A stretch of 64,000 bases of DNA from Pelagomonas calceolata (Eukaryota), in assembly GCA_918797485.1 (NCBI GenBank), contig CAKKNE010000004.1, forward strand, positions 2,418,001-2,482,000. Direction: 5' to 3'. This document shows, piece by piece, positions 33,441 through 43,902 of the stretch. Within the stretch, counting starts at the first letter, position 1. Each line of letters begins with the position of its first letter. The position numbers and the translations under genes are program-made. The notes beneath the pieces were generated by a model that saw only the letters and a program-made list of their open reading frames with translations, was not told where the DNA came from and made no database searches.

Positions 33441-34658
33441 TCACTTAGCCAGCTTCCGCCGCCACCGCCGATTCGTCCGCGCGAGGTCGCCCGGCAATCC
33501 ATCACAAAATCGGGCGAGCGCGTCGGCGGCGCCCTGCGGCACGGCGCGGAGCCGGTACGCGCCGCGTGCGCCGGTGGCAGAAACGACGGCGTCGAGGCGC
33601 GCGCCGCGGGACACGACGCGGACGCGCCAGAGGGCGCCGTCCGCGTCTACGTCAGAAACCGTGGCGTCGGCATGCAACGCGACGGCGCGGGCGGCGAGGC
33701 GGTCGCGGAGCTCCGGAACCGAGCAGTCCGCGGGCACGGCCACGTCGCGGGCCGGGTCGCGCTTCTTGGCGAACACGCGCGCGTCGCCCCGTGGCGCCGG
33801 GCCCGCGGCCACCGAAAAGGCGACGGCCCAGCGCGTCGTCCGGCCCAGATCGATCGTCGTCGTCGCGACGCGAGAAATGCCTCGTTCCCGGAGCAGCGCC
33901 AGGACGCGCCGCAGCGACTGCTTCCGGCCCAGGAGCGCCGAGTGCCACGCCACGCGACTCTGTAAGCGCAGCGCGTCCTCGATGAGCGCCGCGCAGAAGC
34001 CGACCTCGCCGTCGTCCCGGACGGTCTCCGCCGCCGTCGCCTCGGCGGCGCCGTCGCGGCGCGGCGCGCCGCCGCAGGCGTTGCGCCGCTCGTCGTCGCT
34101 CTCGAACCACGGCGGGTTCGCCAGAACGACGTCGACGCCCGCGCGGCCGGCCGCGTCGAGCGCCGCCGAGACGGGCCGTTGAGAGGCGGCCGTTGCACAG
34201 ACGCGGAAGACGTCGACGAGCGCGCCGGCGTTCCAGTCCGAATTCTTCGCCACGAGCGCCGCCGCCTCGGCGCAGGCCTTGTCGTCGCTCTCGGACGCGA
34301 CGACGCGCCAGCCCCGGCACCGCGCCGCCAACAGCGCAATTATACACGACGCGCCGCAGCCGACGTCGAGGGCGTTCGTCACGCCGTCGCCGGCGACCTT
34401 GGCGGCCCAGGCCACGTAGCGGACCCGGTTCGGCACGCAGGGCACTAGATGCCCGGGCGCCGCCTGATACGTGATGCCGAAGTCGTGGCGCAGCAGCGCT
34501 TCGGCGACGACGGCCCGCGCTTCCGGGCGCGTCCAGTCGACGCCGGTTTCGCCTTTGAAGGTCGCAGTGCAGGCTGCCAATTTCGGGTCTGTGGCGGCCA
34601 GCGATGCCCAATCCGTGCGCGCGCCGTAGGACTCGAGCGCTGCTAGGTCTTGCGCCAT
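33441..34658 (-). CDS. METTL16: METTL16/RlmF-family RNA m6A methyltransferase
   Basis: LLRHDFG, LVPCVPNRVRY, LDVGCGASCI, NPPW, GEVGF, WHSALLG, GRTTRWAVA. Confidence 0.9.
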   Translation of the reverse strand: MAQDLAALESYGARTDWASLAATDPKLAACTATFKGETGVDWTRPEARAVVAEALLRHDFGITYQAAPGHLVPCVPNRVRYVAWAAKVAGDGVTNALDVGCGASCIIALLAARCRGWRVVASESDDKACAEAAALVAKNSDWNAGALVDVFRVCATAASQRPVSAALDAAGRAGVDVVLANPPWFESDDERRNACGGAPRRDGAAEATAAETVRDDGEVGFCAALIEDALRLQSRVAWHSALLGRKQSLRRVLALLRERGISRVATTTIDLGRTTRWAVAFSVAAGPAPRGDARVFAKKRDPARDVAVPADCSVPELRDRLAARAVALHADATVSDVDADGALWRVRVVSRGARLDAVVSATGARGAYRLRAVPQGAADALARFCDGLPGDLARTNRRWRRKLAK

Positions 34659-34715
34659 GTGGCGCCGTCTGGATGCAGCTCTAAGCGTCCAACAACTAAG
34701 GGCTGTGCGGCCAAA

Positions 34716-34737
34716 GCTAGTGTGTCGTTTCGCTAGC
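34716..34737. promoter_or_regulatory. Variant bipartite upstream motif
   Basis: gctagtgtgtcgtttcgctagc, about 60 bp upstream of the METTL16 ATG. Confidence 0.45.
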
Positions 34738-34857
34738 TCAGAGTGTTTGCAGGCGCCAACACCTAGTAAGTTTTTGGTTTTGATCCTACGCGGGTTGCCT
34801 GTATCGGTGCATTTTCAAGGCCTTTCTTTGCTGGACTAAGATAAACAAGTCTGGAAA

Positions 34858-36769
34858 TTATTCACTCACATTACCTACTCTCGGACTCCTCCTCGGACCG
34901 CTCCTCGGACTTCTCCTCCTCTCGCACTCCTCCGACCCTACAGCCTTCTTTCTCTTCAACTGGGCCCGCTTTCGCTTCTTCGCGGCGTCCGGTCGCGGCG
35001 CGCCGCGCTGCGATCGCATGTCCACTATGGCACCTCTAGGAACCTCTTGCCCACTCGGCGCCGGACGACGCGCGAGGGCTGCATTGATGGCCGGTGCCAT
35101 GTGGCGATAGAACTCAATCACCACGTCCATGGTATGCATCTCGCCGAGCAACTCCATCAGTTCTGAGATGGTAGTGTCCGACGGAAGCTTATAGTTGCGC
35201 AGCCCCATCAGATCGAGTATCTCCATGATCGTCGGCGTGCGGACCAGCATGGTTCCGGTGCTCGGATCCAGGACGCGCAGCTCCTCAGAACCGAAGTCAC
35301 TATCCCGCATATAACCGTCGTGGGCCTTGGCCAACGCTACGAGGTCCTCCCCCACGCCGGTTCCGGCACGTTGCAGCGCCGAATTCACTGGTCCACGACA
35401 AAATGTTCGCAGTCCACCCTTGAGTTTGCCAGTACTGAACGAGGAGACGAGCGGTTTGTCCACAGGAATGATGACGCTCGTGCCGTTCTTATACCCCCTT
35501 TCTCCTCTTTCATGTCGATCGTTGTACCACATAATACTCGGCCCGTCTATACCAGCATCCCTCAACGTCGCCTCCCACCTCGTGAATCGCGGGCGTCGCT
35601 CGCACAAACCTGTGTTCGAGGGATGTTTGTCCCCACCCGGCCAGCGGCGCGCGCAGTCGTCCACGGTCGAAGGCACTACTCAGTCACGCCGCTGCGCACG
35701 CACAACCTCGCTTTCGATATCCTTTGCGTCGCCGTCGCCGACTTTGAGAAAGATGGCCTGACATTGCGTCTTCATGTAAAAAACAGGACTGGCGTCGGCG
35801 ACGTCGCGGGCGTCGAGCTCCACCAACAATACGACGTAGCCCAAGTCCACGGCCATCTTGAAGAGCCTCGTGTACAACTCGCCATTAAACGCGTTCTTAG
35901 AGTTTTCAACAATGATGACTTTCCTGTCCGACTCGAGCGCGGCTTCGATCAACTCTTCTGACACGAGGGCCTGGGCGCAGATCGAATCGTTTTCGTATGG
36001 AGACGCGCGTTCTCCGTCCGCTCGGGCGGTGACGCTCTGCTTGCCCACGTCCTGTCACAGATGTCCTCAAGTAAGAAGGCGCCGTCGAATGATCACACCG
36101 AGTAAGACGTCATCGCACTTGTCGCCGTCGCCTGTGACAGGAATCCACGGCTGGCAAGGAGGTTCGAGAGCAATGATTTCGGCCTGCGGGTTGTTCCTAA
36201 GGAACCGGCGGAAGCTGTCGCCGTCCACCTTCTCGGCACGCGCCCGCCCCTTGCCGAAATTGGCGAGAGCGAGCTTGATCTTGCCCGCCTGCTTGTCGAA
36301 GCACATGCACACGTGGCATCCGAGGGCCAATGCCAGCGCGGCGCCTTGGACACCGCCACCACCACAGCATTCGACGATACCGACGCCTTTGGACGACGCC
36401 CTCGGCATAGTCCCGGCGTCGACGATCCTGTTCCCGCGGAGCGACACTCCGATCTGCTCTTGTTCCAAATCCTCGAGCGTGCGGCCACCGTGGCCGCTCC
36501 GGCCGTGGTTCGGCACGTTCCCGTCCAATTTCCTCCCCACGGCAGCTTGAGATTTGAAGATCTCGCCGTCTGCTTCATAATACCAATCGATATGATCTCG
36601 CCCGGTTGGCGTCTTTCTCTGACTATGGCGGTGCACACGGAGGTTGGCTTCTTCAACCCGTTCGTCGCTTACGCCCCACTTGCGGAGGCTCAGCTTAAGG
36701 GTCGCCTGCGCGGACGCCCACATCACAGCACCGAAGGCATCTGCGGATAAGGACGCGGGCAGCGACGAG
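34858..36769 (-). CDS. Divergent C5 cytosine DNA methyltransferase domain preceded by an MBD-like domain; predicted introns 36052-36138 and 35610-35699
   Basis: Motifs in order: I IVECCGGGG, IV EPPCQPW, VI IIVENS, IX RTPTIMEILDLMGL, X LLGEMHTMDVV. MBD-like RKTPTGRDHIDWYYEADGEIFKSQAAVGRKL. All in-frame stops fall inside the predicted introns. Confidence 0.75.
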
Positions 36770-39700
36770 CTGTGCGCAGTAGTCCGCCGGGAAGTCGCTC
36801 AGGACGACGTCGCGGCGCGGTCGGTCCTCGTCAATCAATTCATCCTGAGCGCGCCGTTCTGCTCGTGCTTCGTCCAGGGCCTCCTCTGCTTTCTTCGCGG
36901 CCTTCCGCTGTGCCGGCCGTGTCTTGGGACTCATTTTGTTCACCGCCTTCTTCGGTTTCGCTTTCTTGGGAGCCTTCTTCTTCTTCTTCTTCTTCTTCTT
37001 CTTCTTGGGGGGCTTCTTCCAGGCGGCAGGCATCCGCGCTTCGTTGGCCAGCTCGGCAGGCGGCTTCAGCGTGCCGCCGCTCTTCAGGGTGTCCCTGAGC
37101 GCGGCCACGACGAGCTCCCGCGTCTTGTACTCATAGGGTCTGCCTTCGGTCTTCGTGACGCCTTTGTGATCCAGCGGGTAAGATCCGAAATTCTTCTGGA
37201 CCATCACAATCCTATTTCGCTGCGAGCTGGCGGCATCGGACACCACTTCGCGTACCGGGCGCTGCAGGACGAGAATCTCGTCGATGGGCACCTGTGTGGA
37301 AATCAACCAGTGCGTCGGGTGCACCCGGTAATTCTTCGAGAAGTCATATCTCGGCGATGACGGCCGTGTTGGCTGGAAATGAGCGGCGATGGACCACATC
37401 GCCACGCCGTCGAGCGGGCGTCGCGTCGACGGCGTGGAGGTCACGATTCAGCACCACATCGCCACGCCATCGAGCAGGCGTCGCGTCGATGGCGTGGAGG
37501 CCATGTTCAGCAGTGTTGGAGACGCGCCGCGACAATTTGATTTCTACACGGATAGGGACCACCCACCCTTTCCCTTTATACGCCCACGTGTCGTCCTTCA
37601 AGTTGCTAGATTTTCGCGCCGAGCCGAAAACGTATAGCACGCAGATATGCCCTTCCAAGTGTTTGATCTTCGAGACCGCCTCTTGTAGTTTCTCTTCGCC
37701 CACTTCCCGCGCACCGCGACACGCCTCCATGACGTCCTTTATTTCCACGTCACCTTGCGGAGTAAGGCGCACAGACTGCACCGTATTCTCGAACTTTCGC
37801 GCGGTCTCTTCTTTTATTTCGTTCTCGATATTTTTACCGAAAAAACGGGCATATGCGAAGTGTACTATATTTCTATTCAAGCCATGAGTGGTAAATTTCT
37901 CCAAGTGAGGTAGTAGTGCGTCTCCCCGTAGAGATGTCCTCTCGGCCGTTGGAGGATCTTCGTAAACTTGTGGTTCAGAATGATTGTTTGCTGGTTGGCG
38001 CGGCCGCAGTCGTTGGGACAGCCCCGGCTCCCATGGCGTGTCCTCGTCGTCGTCGTCGTCGGCCGGGGAGGCAAGAGGTTCAAACCCGTCGTCGCTGTCA
38101 GCATGAGCATCTGGTCCTTGCACCAGCGCGCGGCGCTGCGTTTCGGCAATAGCTTCGGCGCGGATAACCTTGTCCCAGTCAATTTGTTTACGTTTCGATG
38201 TACTTCGTGGAGGAACAGTCGCCGTCGGGGCCCGGGTCTCGCTGCGTGTCTCCTTTTCTAATTCCTGTCTTCGTCGACGCATGTCCCTGACCGCATCTTT
38301 CCAGGTGTCGTACTCACCGATGTATGTCTTGTAGTCGTATTTACCGCAGCGGTGCCAGCCTTTTTTATATACTTTAACTTTGATTGCATGCTTTCCTTCG
38401 TAGTAGTGTCCCGGACCGTACTGAATAACGTACGCCGGCATTTCATCGATTCCGAGGGGGCGCGTGGGCAATGGGTAGAGCAGGGTACATAAATAGGGGG
38501 GTGTGTCCGAGCCCACGTCGTCTGCGGGCGGCATGCCGCCCAGGAACTCATCGTGCTTGAGACAGATCCTCCCGAAACACCCCCCAGAGAACGGCGCGTC
38601 GTCGTCGTCGTCGTCGAGTCCTTCCTCGCCCGGCGAAGGCCTATTCCAGCAGCTCATTGCCCACCGTGCGGCCGCAGCGAGGCTGGAGCACGTGCAGAGA
38701 GCAAAGCGCGCGGCGCGGGCTGCCATCGCCGGGCTGACGCGGTCGGGCGCCGCGTCGTCTTCAACGAGCGTCTCGACGCGCTCCTGGTCGTCCTCGTCGT
38801 TGCATTCTGAGTCCGAGGGGGTTGCCGCGAGCGCTGTAAGGCCGTAGACGTCGTCGTCTAACGAGTGGGCCTCGTTCAGGGCGTCGCACGCGTGTGCAAT
38901 ACGCGCACGCGGAAGCTCGGTCTCGCGCATCGACGCGGCCACGATGCCCGCCATTTTCAACGGCCGACGAAGAGGGAGGCGGTTGATCGCGAGGATCTTG
39001 TCCTGTATCGACGTGGCGGCGTTGCCGAGGATGGCGTCGACCTCGTCCATAGGCGACCAGGGCACGCGTGGCGGCAGCAGCGCGTCGGCGCCAGGCGACG
39101 TCGGTGTCGTCGGCGGCGACTGCAGCGGCGCGCACGTCGCCGGGGGCCTTGGCGAGCTCGCGACGACGGCCGGCGCCTCCGAGCGCCGGTCGCGCCGCGC
39201 GGCCGTCGCGACCTCGGCGGCGCGCGCGTGCGCCGCCGCCGCGTCCTCGTGCGCGCGCGCCGCCGCGTCCTCGCGCGCCATTGCCGCCGCGGCGTCCTCG
39301 CGCGCGCGCAACGCGGCGTCCTCGCGCGCCGCCGCGTCCTCGCGCGCCATCGCCGCTGCGTCCTCGGACGCGTCCGACGCCGCGTCCTCACGCCCGTGCG
39401 TCGCCACGTCCTCGTGCGCCATGGCCTCGAGCTCGCGCGCCCCGCGCTGCCGCTCTCTGCGCCGTCTCTTTTTTTCGCGGCGGCGGGCCGTCTCCCGCGC
39501 GGCCGCCAACCGCCGCGCGCACTCGCGAGCCGCTTCGCGAGCAAGGGCGCGAGCGGCCTTCTGCTGGGCCTTGCGAGCCGAGATCGTGCGCAGGCCCAGC
39601 TCTGCGCACTGCTTGGCCCGCAACGCGCTCTCCTCGCGGAACGCCCGCCGCCACCGCTCCGCGATCTTGGCGTCGTGCTTGGCCTTGGCCTCGGCCTTCT

Positions 39701-40004
39701 CCTTAGCCGCCGCCTTGCGCTTGGCTGCCTCAGCCTCGCGCTCTCGCAGGCGTTCCTCGCGCTCCGCCGCCTCGGCGGCCCTGTCGTTCGCCGAAGGACG
39801 GGCTTTGGCCTTCGCGCGCGCTGCAAGCACAGCCGCCTTTCTTTCGGCCTCGGCGGCCTCGGCGTAGATCTCGGCGGCGACGAAGGGAATGTTTCTCCCG
39901 TGCTCACTGCTGAAAACACTAACGCCAAGACGCGTAAAAGCCGCATCGAGCGTGTCGGCATTGTAACGGGAGCCGTACTCGTCACACTTTTCTTCCTCTG
40001 CCAT
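36770..40004 (-). CDS. Large low-complexity/coiled-coil protein with AP2-like segment; probably the 5' part of the methyltransferase gene
   Basis: ORFs 37344-40004 and 36695-37444 join in frame across introner 37292-37559. YIGEYDTWKDAV is AP2-like; AREDAA repeats and poly-Lys are present. Link to the MTase needs a tentative GC-AG intron 36770-36854. Confidence 0.65.
37284..37559 (-). mobile_element. Introner element (37292-37551) with internal duplication
   Basis: TIRs ctgtgtggaaatcaa / ttgatttctacacgg; TSD atgggcac / atagggac (6/8; both read VPI on the minus strand); two copies of the gccacgcc.tcgagc.ggcgtcgcgtcga.ggcgtgg hairpin. Confidence 0.88.
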
Positions 40005-40478
40005 TTCCTGTCAAGTAGGCATTAACTGGCTGCTGAAATGCGCCCGGGCTTCCGGGGCGCACGCAGCCGTTACCCTCGTGCCCCGCAAGGCATATCTCCG
40101 ATTTGGGCTGCCTGAAGACCGTGGGCAGCGCGGGACTGGCGTTGCCGCTGGCTGCAATGCCAAGCGCTGGCGGCCTGGCAGTGTCGGGTTTTTACTTTCA
40201 GTTTTTGGACTCGTGTCCACGTGCATGACCTCATCAAGCCAAGAATCCTATGAGCGAGTTTATTCTTAGGACTCGTCCCGTCGAATGTTGGTGAGTGAAC
40301 ATCGGTTGATGCATTTGTAGGAGTGGTGCGGCGACAACTTGAGGCCAAAGACCTGTGGGTATTGATGCAAATAATTCTCCAAATTCAGAATTCATCCTAG
40401 TCGTTTGCCAAGACCAAATATTTCGCAGTAGCGGCCGAGGAACATACCCTCGCGGCACCGCGACATTCGCGGATGACA

Positions 40479-40860
40479 CTTACGGCTCGCCAAAATACAC
40501 CAGCGATGGACGCCGCCATCTACTATCCAAATAGTACATCATATCAACTCCAGCCCGGTTTTCATACAAGTTGGACGGAACCGGAGCCGCCTGCCCGCGC
40601 TCGGAGGGCGGGAAAAGAATTCTACTAGACAACTCCCGATTTTATGTTCGTTTCCTTCCGTTTGGTAGTGGTAGAGTCCATCCTGACCGCCTGGACATCG
40701 GCCAGCATGATCATGTACTCCGTTAGAGCCGCGTGATTCGTCGAGTTCGCGACCTCGCGTTTATATAAAACAGAGCTCAAGACCTCAACCCGCGACTATC
40801 AGCGACGCCACCATCCAGGTGGACCATAACGCCATCGTTCTATTCACGATCGACCGACTT
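40479..40860 (+). repeat. Diverged, interrupted copy of the 300-bp repeat unit
   Basis: cttacggctcgccaaa...catacaagttggacggaac (40479-40590) and tatcagcgacgc.accatcc...ttcacgatcgaccgact (about 40795-40860) match the 42.6-43.7 kb array. Confidence 0.85.
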
Positions 40861-41289
40861 GGCCGTTCTCTGCGGACGACGGTGCGTACGCGGGGCACTG
40901 GAAAGGCCCCAGACCGGTGAGTTGTAAAATAAATTCGCGTTTGAGGCGCTTCGGTTCCGGGACAGGCCAGCTAACCGGCTTGACTGTGTACTACATTGCT
41001 CCGAGACCCGACGATCGTCCATCTCGGGACCCAGATCGAGTGTTGTACAATGCTTCCAGCACCTTGATTGATAGGATGGACTCAAAGGCTTCGTAGCCGG
41101 TCGCCGACAGAGCGACTCGTCGAGATGACCCGAGAACATACTAATTTGAGAGTCGTCAGCAAGTCTGCAGCGCTGCGCGACGGGTAGGAGGGTACGTGAC
41201 TTGTATACGAGATAAGACCGAGGACTGCCGTACCTAATCTTGCCCAAGTCAGCACTACGCCAGGTGAAAAACACAGAACGTTTTTTCAC

Positions 41290-41311
41290 CTAGTGTCTTA
41301 CTGCCGCTAGC
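41290..41311. promoter_or_regulatory. Bipartite upstream motif
   Basis: ctagtgtcttactgccgctagc, about 145 bp upstream of ATG 41455. Confidence 0.6.
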
Positions 41312-41454
41312 AGCGAGTTTGGGGAGCAAGCACACAAAGAAGCACACGCCCGCAAGTGCACGCTGCGTAAGGGTTTTGAAGGAGGGCACAGCCCCCATTT
41401 GCCAGCCCGTAGAGCGCTAGGCGTTCCTCCGGCTAGCGATCAGGACAACATTCC

Positions 41455-42504
41455 ATGGCGGAGAGGCAGGTGCCGAGCGCGACCTTAGAGAAACGAGTAG
41501 CTCGCTGCGGGGCAGGCAACAAAGCTAAAACACGACGCGGCGGTCTACAATTCGAAGCATCAAATCGCGCCGAGCGTGGTCCAGGTCGTCCGCCACACGG
41601 GCGGCCTGAAGCGGAGCTTGGCCCGTACGCAGAAGGTCTTGTCGGTCATGAAGGTCGATCAATTGAACAGTATCAACTCCAGGACCACGGGTCTCCAGAA
41701 CCCCCCAAAGAACAGGAGATGGATGCTACAGCAGCCCGAGAGAAGGGCGTATTGAGAGGCCGATTAGGAAACAGCCTATTTAAAGTGGTACTTGCATGGC
41801 TAGCTGGAGCTGCAAGAAATTTCCTCTCGTCAAGGACCGGGCGCTGGATAGCTGAATTTAAAGGCTCGGGCCGATTCGCCGACACATATTTCAGCGTTGT
41901 GCGGTATTGGAAGACTCCAGGACGCCATCCGCCTCTAGCGGTTTGTGACGAGTTGGAAAATGGGCTTCATACGTCGGCCGCAGGGACGGATAAACGTCAA
42001 TTCTGTAGTCATGCATCGAGAATGCTCGGTGCCTCTACGCTCACCAGCGATGAACGGATGCATCAAATAGTAGATGCAATCCTGGAGAATATTGTAGCCG
42101 ATGAAAATCTGGGCAGCTCAGTGCTCAGACGCAATGGTGGCACCTATGTCATGGAATTGATGAAGCACAAGAAGGGCGTTGGAGGGTTGCACGCTGACTG
42201 TGCTTGCTTGAGGAATGTTATCATCGTTGTGAAGCTGTCGGGTGAAAGCTATGCAAGGATCCTGGTCCCTAACTACGACGATGGCCGATCTGGTGCCAGA
42301 GAGGATGGCGAGTTTATCTTCAAGCAAAGTCCAGGGACGTACTACATTATGCGGGGCGCGGCTCGCAAGAGCAAGCACGAGATTACTTACACGGAGGAGG
42401 GCTGGACTCTATTGATTCGTACGGATTGCGGCGAAGAGGAGGCCCCGCTGACACGGGCCCAACGCGCGGAGCGAAGGAACAAATCCCGTCGAATTGACGC
42501 GTAG
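41455..42504 (+). CDS. AlkB-like 2OG-Fe(II) dioxygenase
   Basis: GGLHAD (42190-42198), IIVVKLSG, PGTYYIMRGAAR..KHEI (42376), WTLLIR. Confidence 0.75.
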   Translation: MAERQVPSATLEKRVARCGAGNKAKTRRGGLQFEASNRAERGPGRPPHGRPEAELGPYAEGLVGHEGRSIEQYQLQDHGSPEPPKEQEMDATAAREKGVLRGRLGNSLFKVVLAWLAGAARNFLSSRTGRWIAEFKGSGRFADTYFSVVRYWKTPGRHPPLAVCDELENGLHTSAAGTDKRQFCSHASRMLGASTLTSDERMHQIVDAILENIVADENLGSSVLRRNGGTYVMELMKHKKGVGGLHADCACLRNVIIVVKLSGESYARILVPNYDDGRSGAREDGEFIFKQSPGTYYIMRGAARKSKHEITYTEEGWTLLIRTDCGEEEAPLTRAQRAERRNKSRRIDA

Positions 42505-42644
42505 GAGGGCGTGTAAGAGGAGTGTAAGGTTTAGGTCGAAAGAGAGTAGGTGGTCCTAGACCGCCACCAACCCCTCGACAGCCCGCGCTCCGAGGGCAAG
42601 AGGAGAATTCTACGAGTCTGATACAAGTTGGACGGGAGCCGACA

Positions 42645-43685
42645 AGAGCATTTCCGAGTTTTTACCAGACGTGGCAGGAGCAATCGTGGAATGAGTCTTA
42701 CGGCTCGCCAAAGTAGACCGGCGATTGACGCCGCCATCTACCGTCCAAATGGTACATTATATCAACTCCAGCCCAGTTTTCATACAAGTTGGACGGAACT
42801 GGAGCCGACGGTCGACCCCCGCGACCCCCGCGAAGCCCAGGTTTTTCACACAAACGACTTAGAACCTGAACCTGCGAGTATCAGCGACGCGACCATCCGG
42901 ATGGACCACAACGCTGTTGCTTTCTTCACGATCGACCGACTCGCCAGACATTTCCGAGTTTTTACCAGACGTGGCAGGAGCAATCGTGGAATGAGTCTTA
43001 CGGCTCGCCAAAGTAGACCGGCGATTGACGCCGCCATCTACCGTCCAAATGGTACATTATATCAACTCCAGCCCAGTTTTCATACAAGTTGGACGGAACT
43101 GGAGCCGACGGTCGACCCCCGCGACCCCCGCGAAGCCCAGGTTTTTCACACAAACGACTTAGAACCTGAACCTGCGAGTATCAGCGACGCGACCATCCGG
43201 ATGGACCACAACGCTGTTGCTTTCTTCACGATCGACCGACTCGCCAGAGCATTTCCGAGTTTTTACCAGACGTGGCAGGAGCAATCGTGGAATGAGTCTT
43301 ACGGCTCGCCAAAGTAGACCGGCGATTGACGCCGCCATCTACCGTCCAAATGGTACATTATATCAACTCCAGCCCAGTTTTCATACAAGTTGGACGGAAC
43401 TGGAGCCGACGGTCGACCCCCGCGACCCCCGCGAAGCCCAGGTTTTTCACACAAACGACTTAGAACCTGAACCTGCGAGTATCAGCGACGCGACCATCCG
43501 GATGGACCACAACGCTGTTGCTTTCTTCACGATCGACCGACTCGCCAGAGCATTTCCGAGTTTTTACCAGACGTGGCAGGAGCAATCGTGGAATGAGTCT
43601 TACGGCTCGCCAAAGTAGACCGGCGATTGACGCCGCCATCTACCGTCCAAATGGTACATTATATCAACTCCAGCCCAGTTTTCAT
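42645..43685. repeat. Tandem array of a 300/301-bp unit, about 3.45 near-identical copies
   Basis: catttccgagtttttaccagacg starts at 42649, 42949, 43250 and 43551. Confidence 0.97.
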
Positions 43686-43902
43686 CGACAATCGACGGAA
43701 CCGGAGCCACGGCCCGCGCTCGCGACCCGACGTTTTCACACAATCGACGACCAGACGATGTTCTAGCTGCCAAAGCTCGACCACTATTCCATTTTCGTCG
43801 TACACAAACAGCGTACCCATAACGTGTTGATAGAGTACATCATCGGCCGTGAGGCCGTCGCTCGCGGGCCAAGATACTAGTAAAAATAACACTTGCAACA
43901 AC

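Noticed and set aside
28593..34646. Many long overlapping antisense or alternate-frame ORFs (R/A/G/P-rich)
   Set aside because: Expected shadow ORFs of very high-GC coding DNA.
35680..36069. In-frame TGA codons as selenocysteine or readthrough in the methyltransferase
   Set aside because: All fall inside plausible 87- and 90-nt introns, and no SECIS was seen.
42628..43766. ORFs inside the 300-bp array
   Set aside because: The 301-bp units shift the frame and no domain is recognisable; treated as non-coding repeat.
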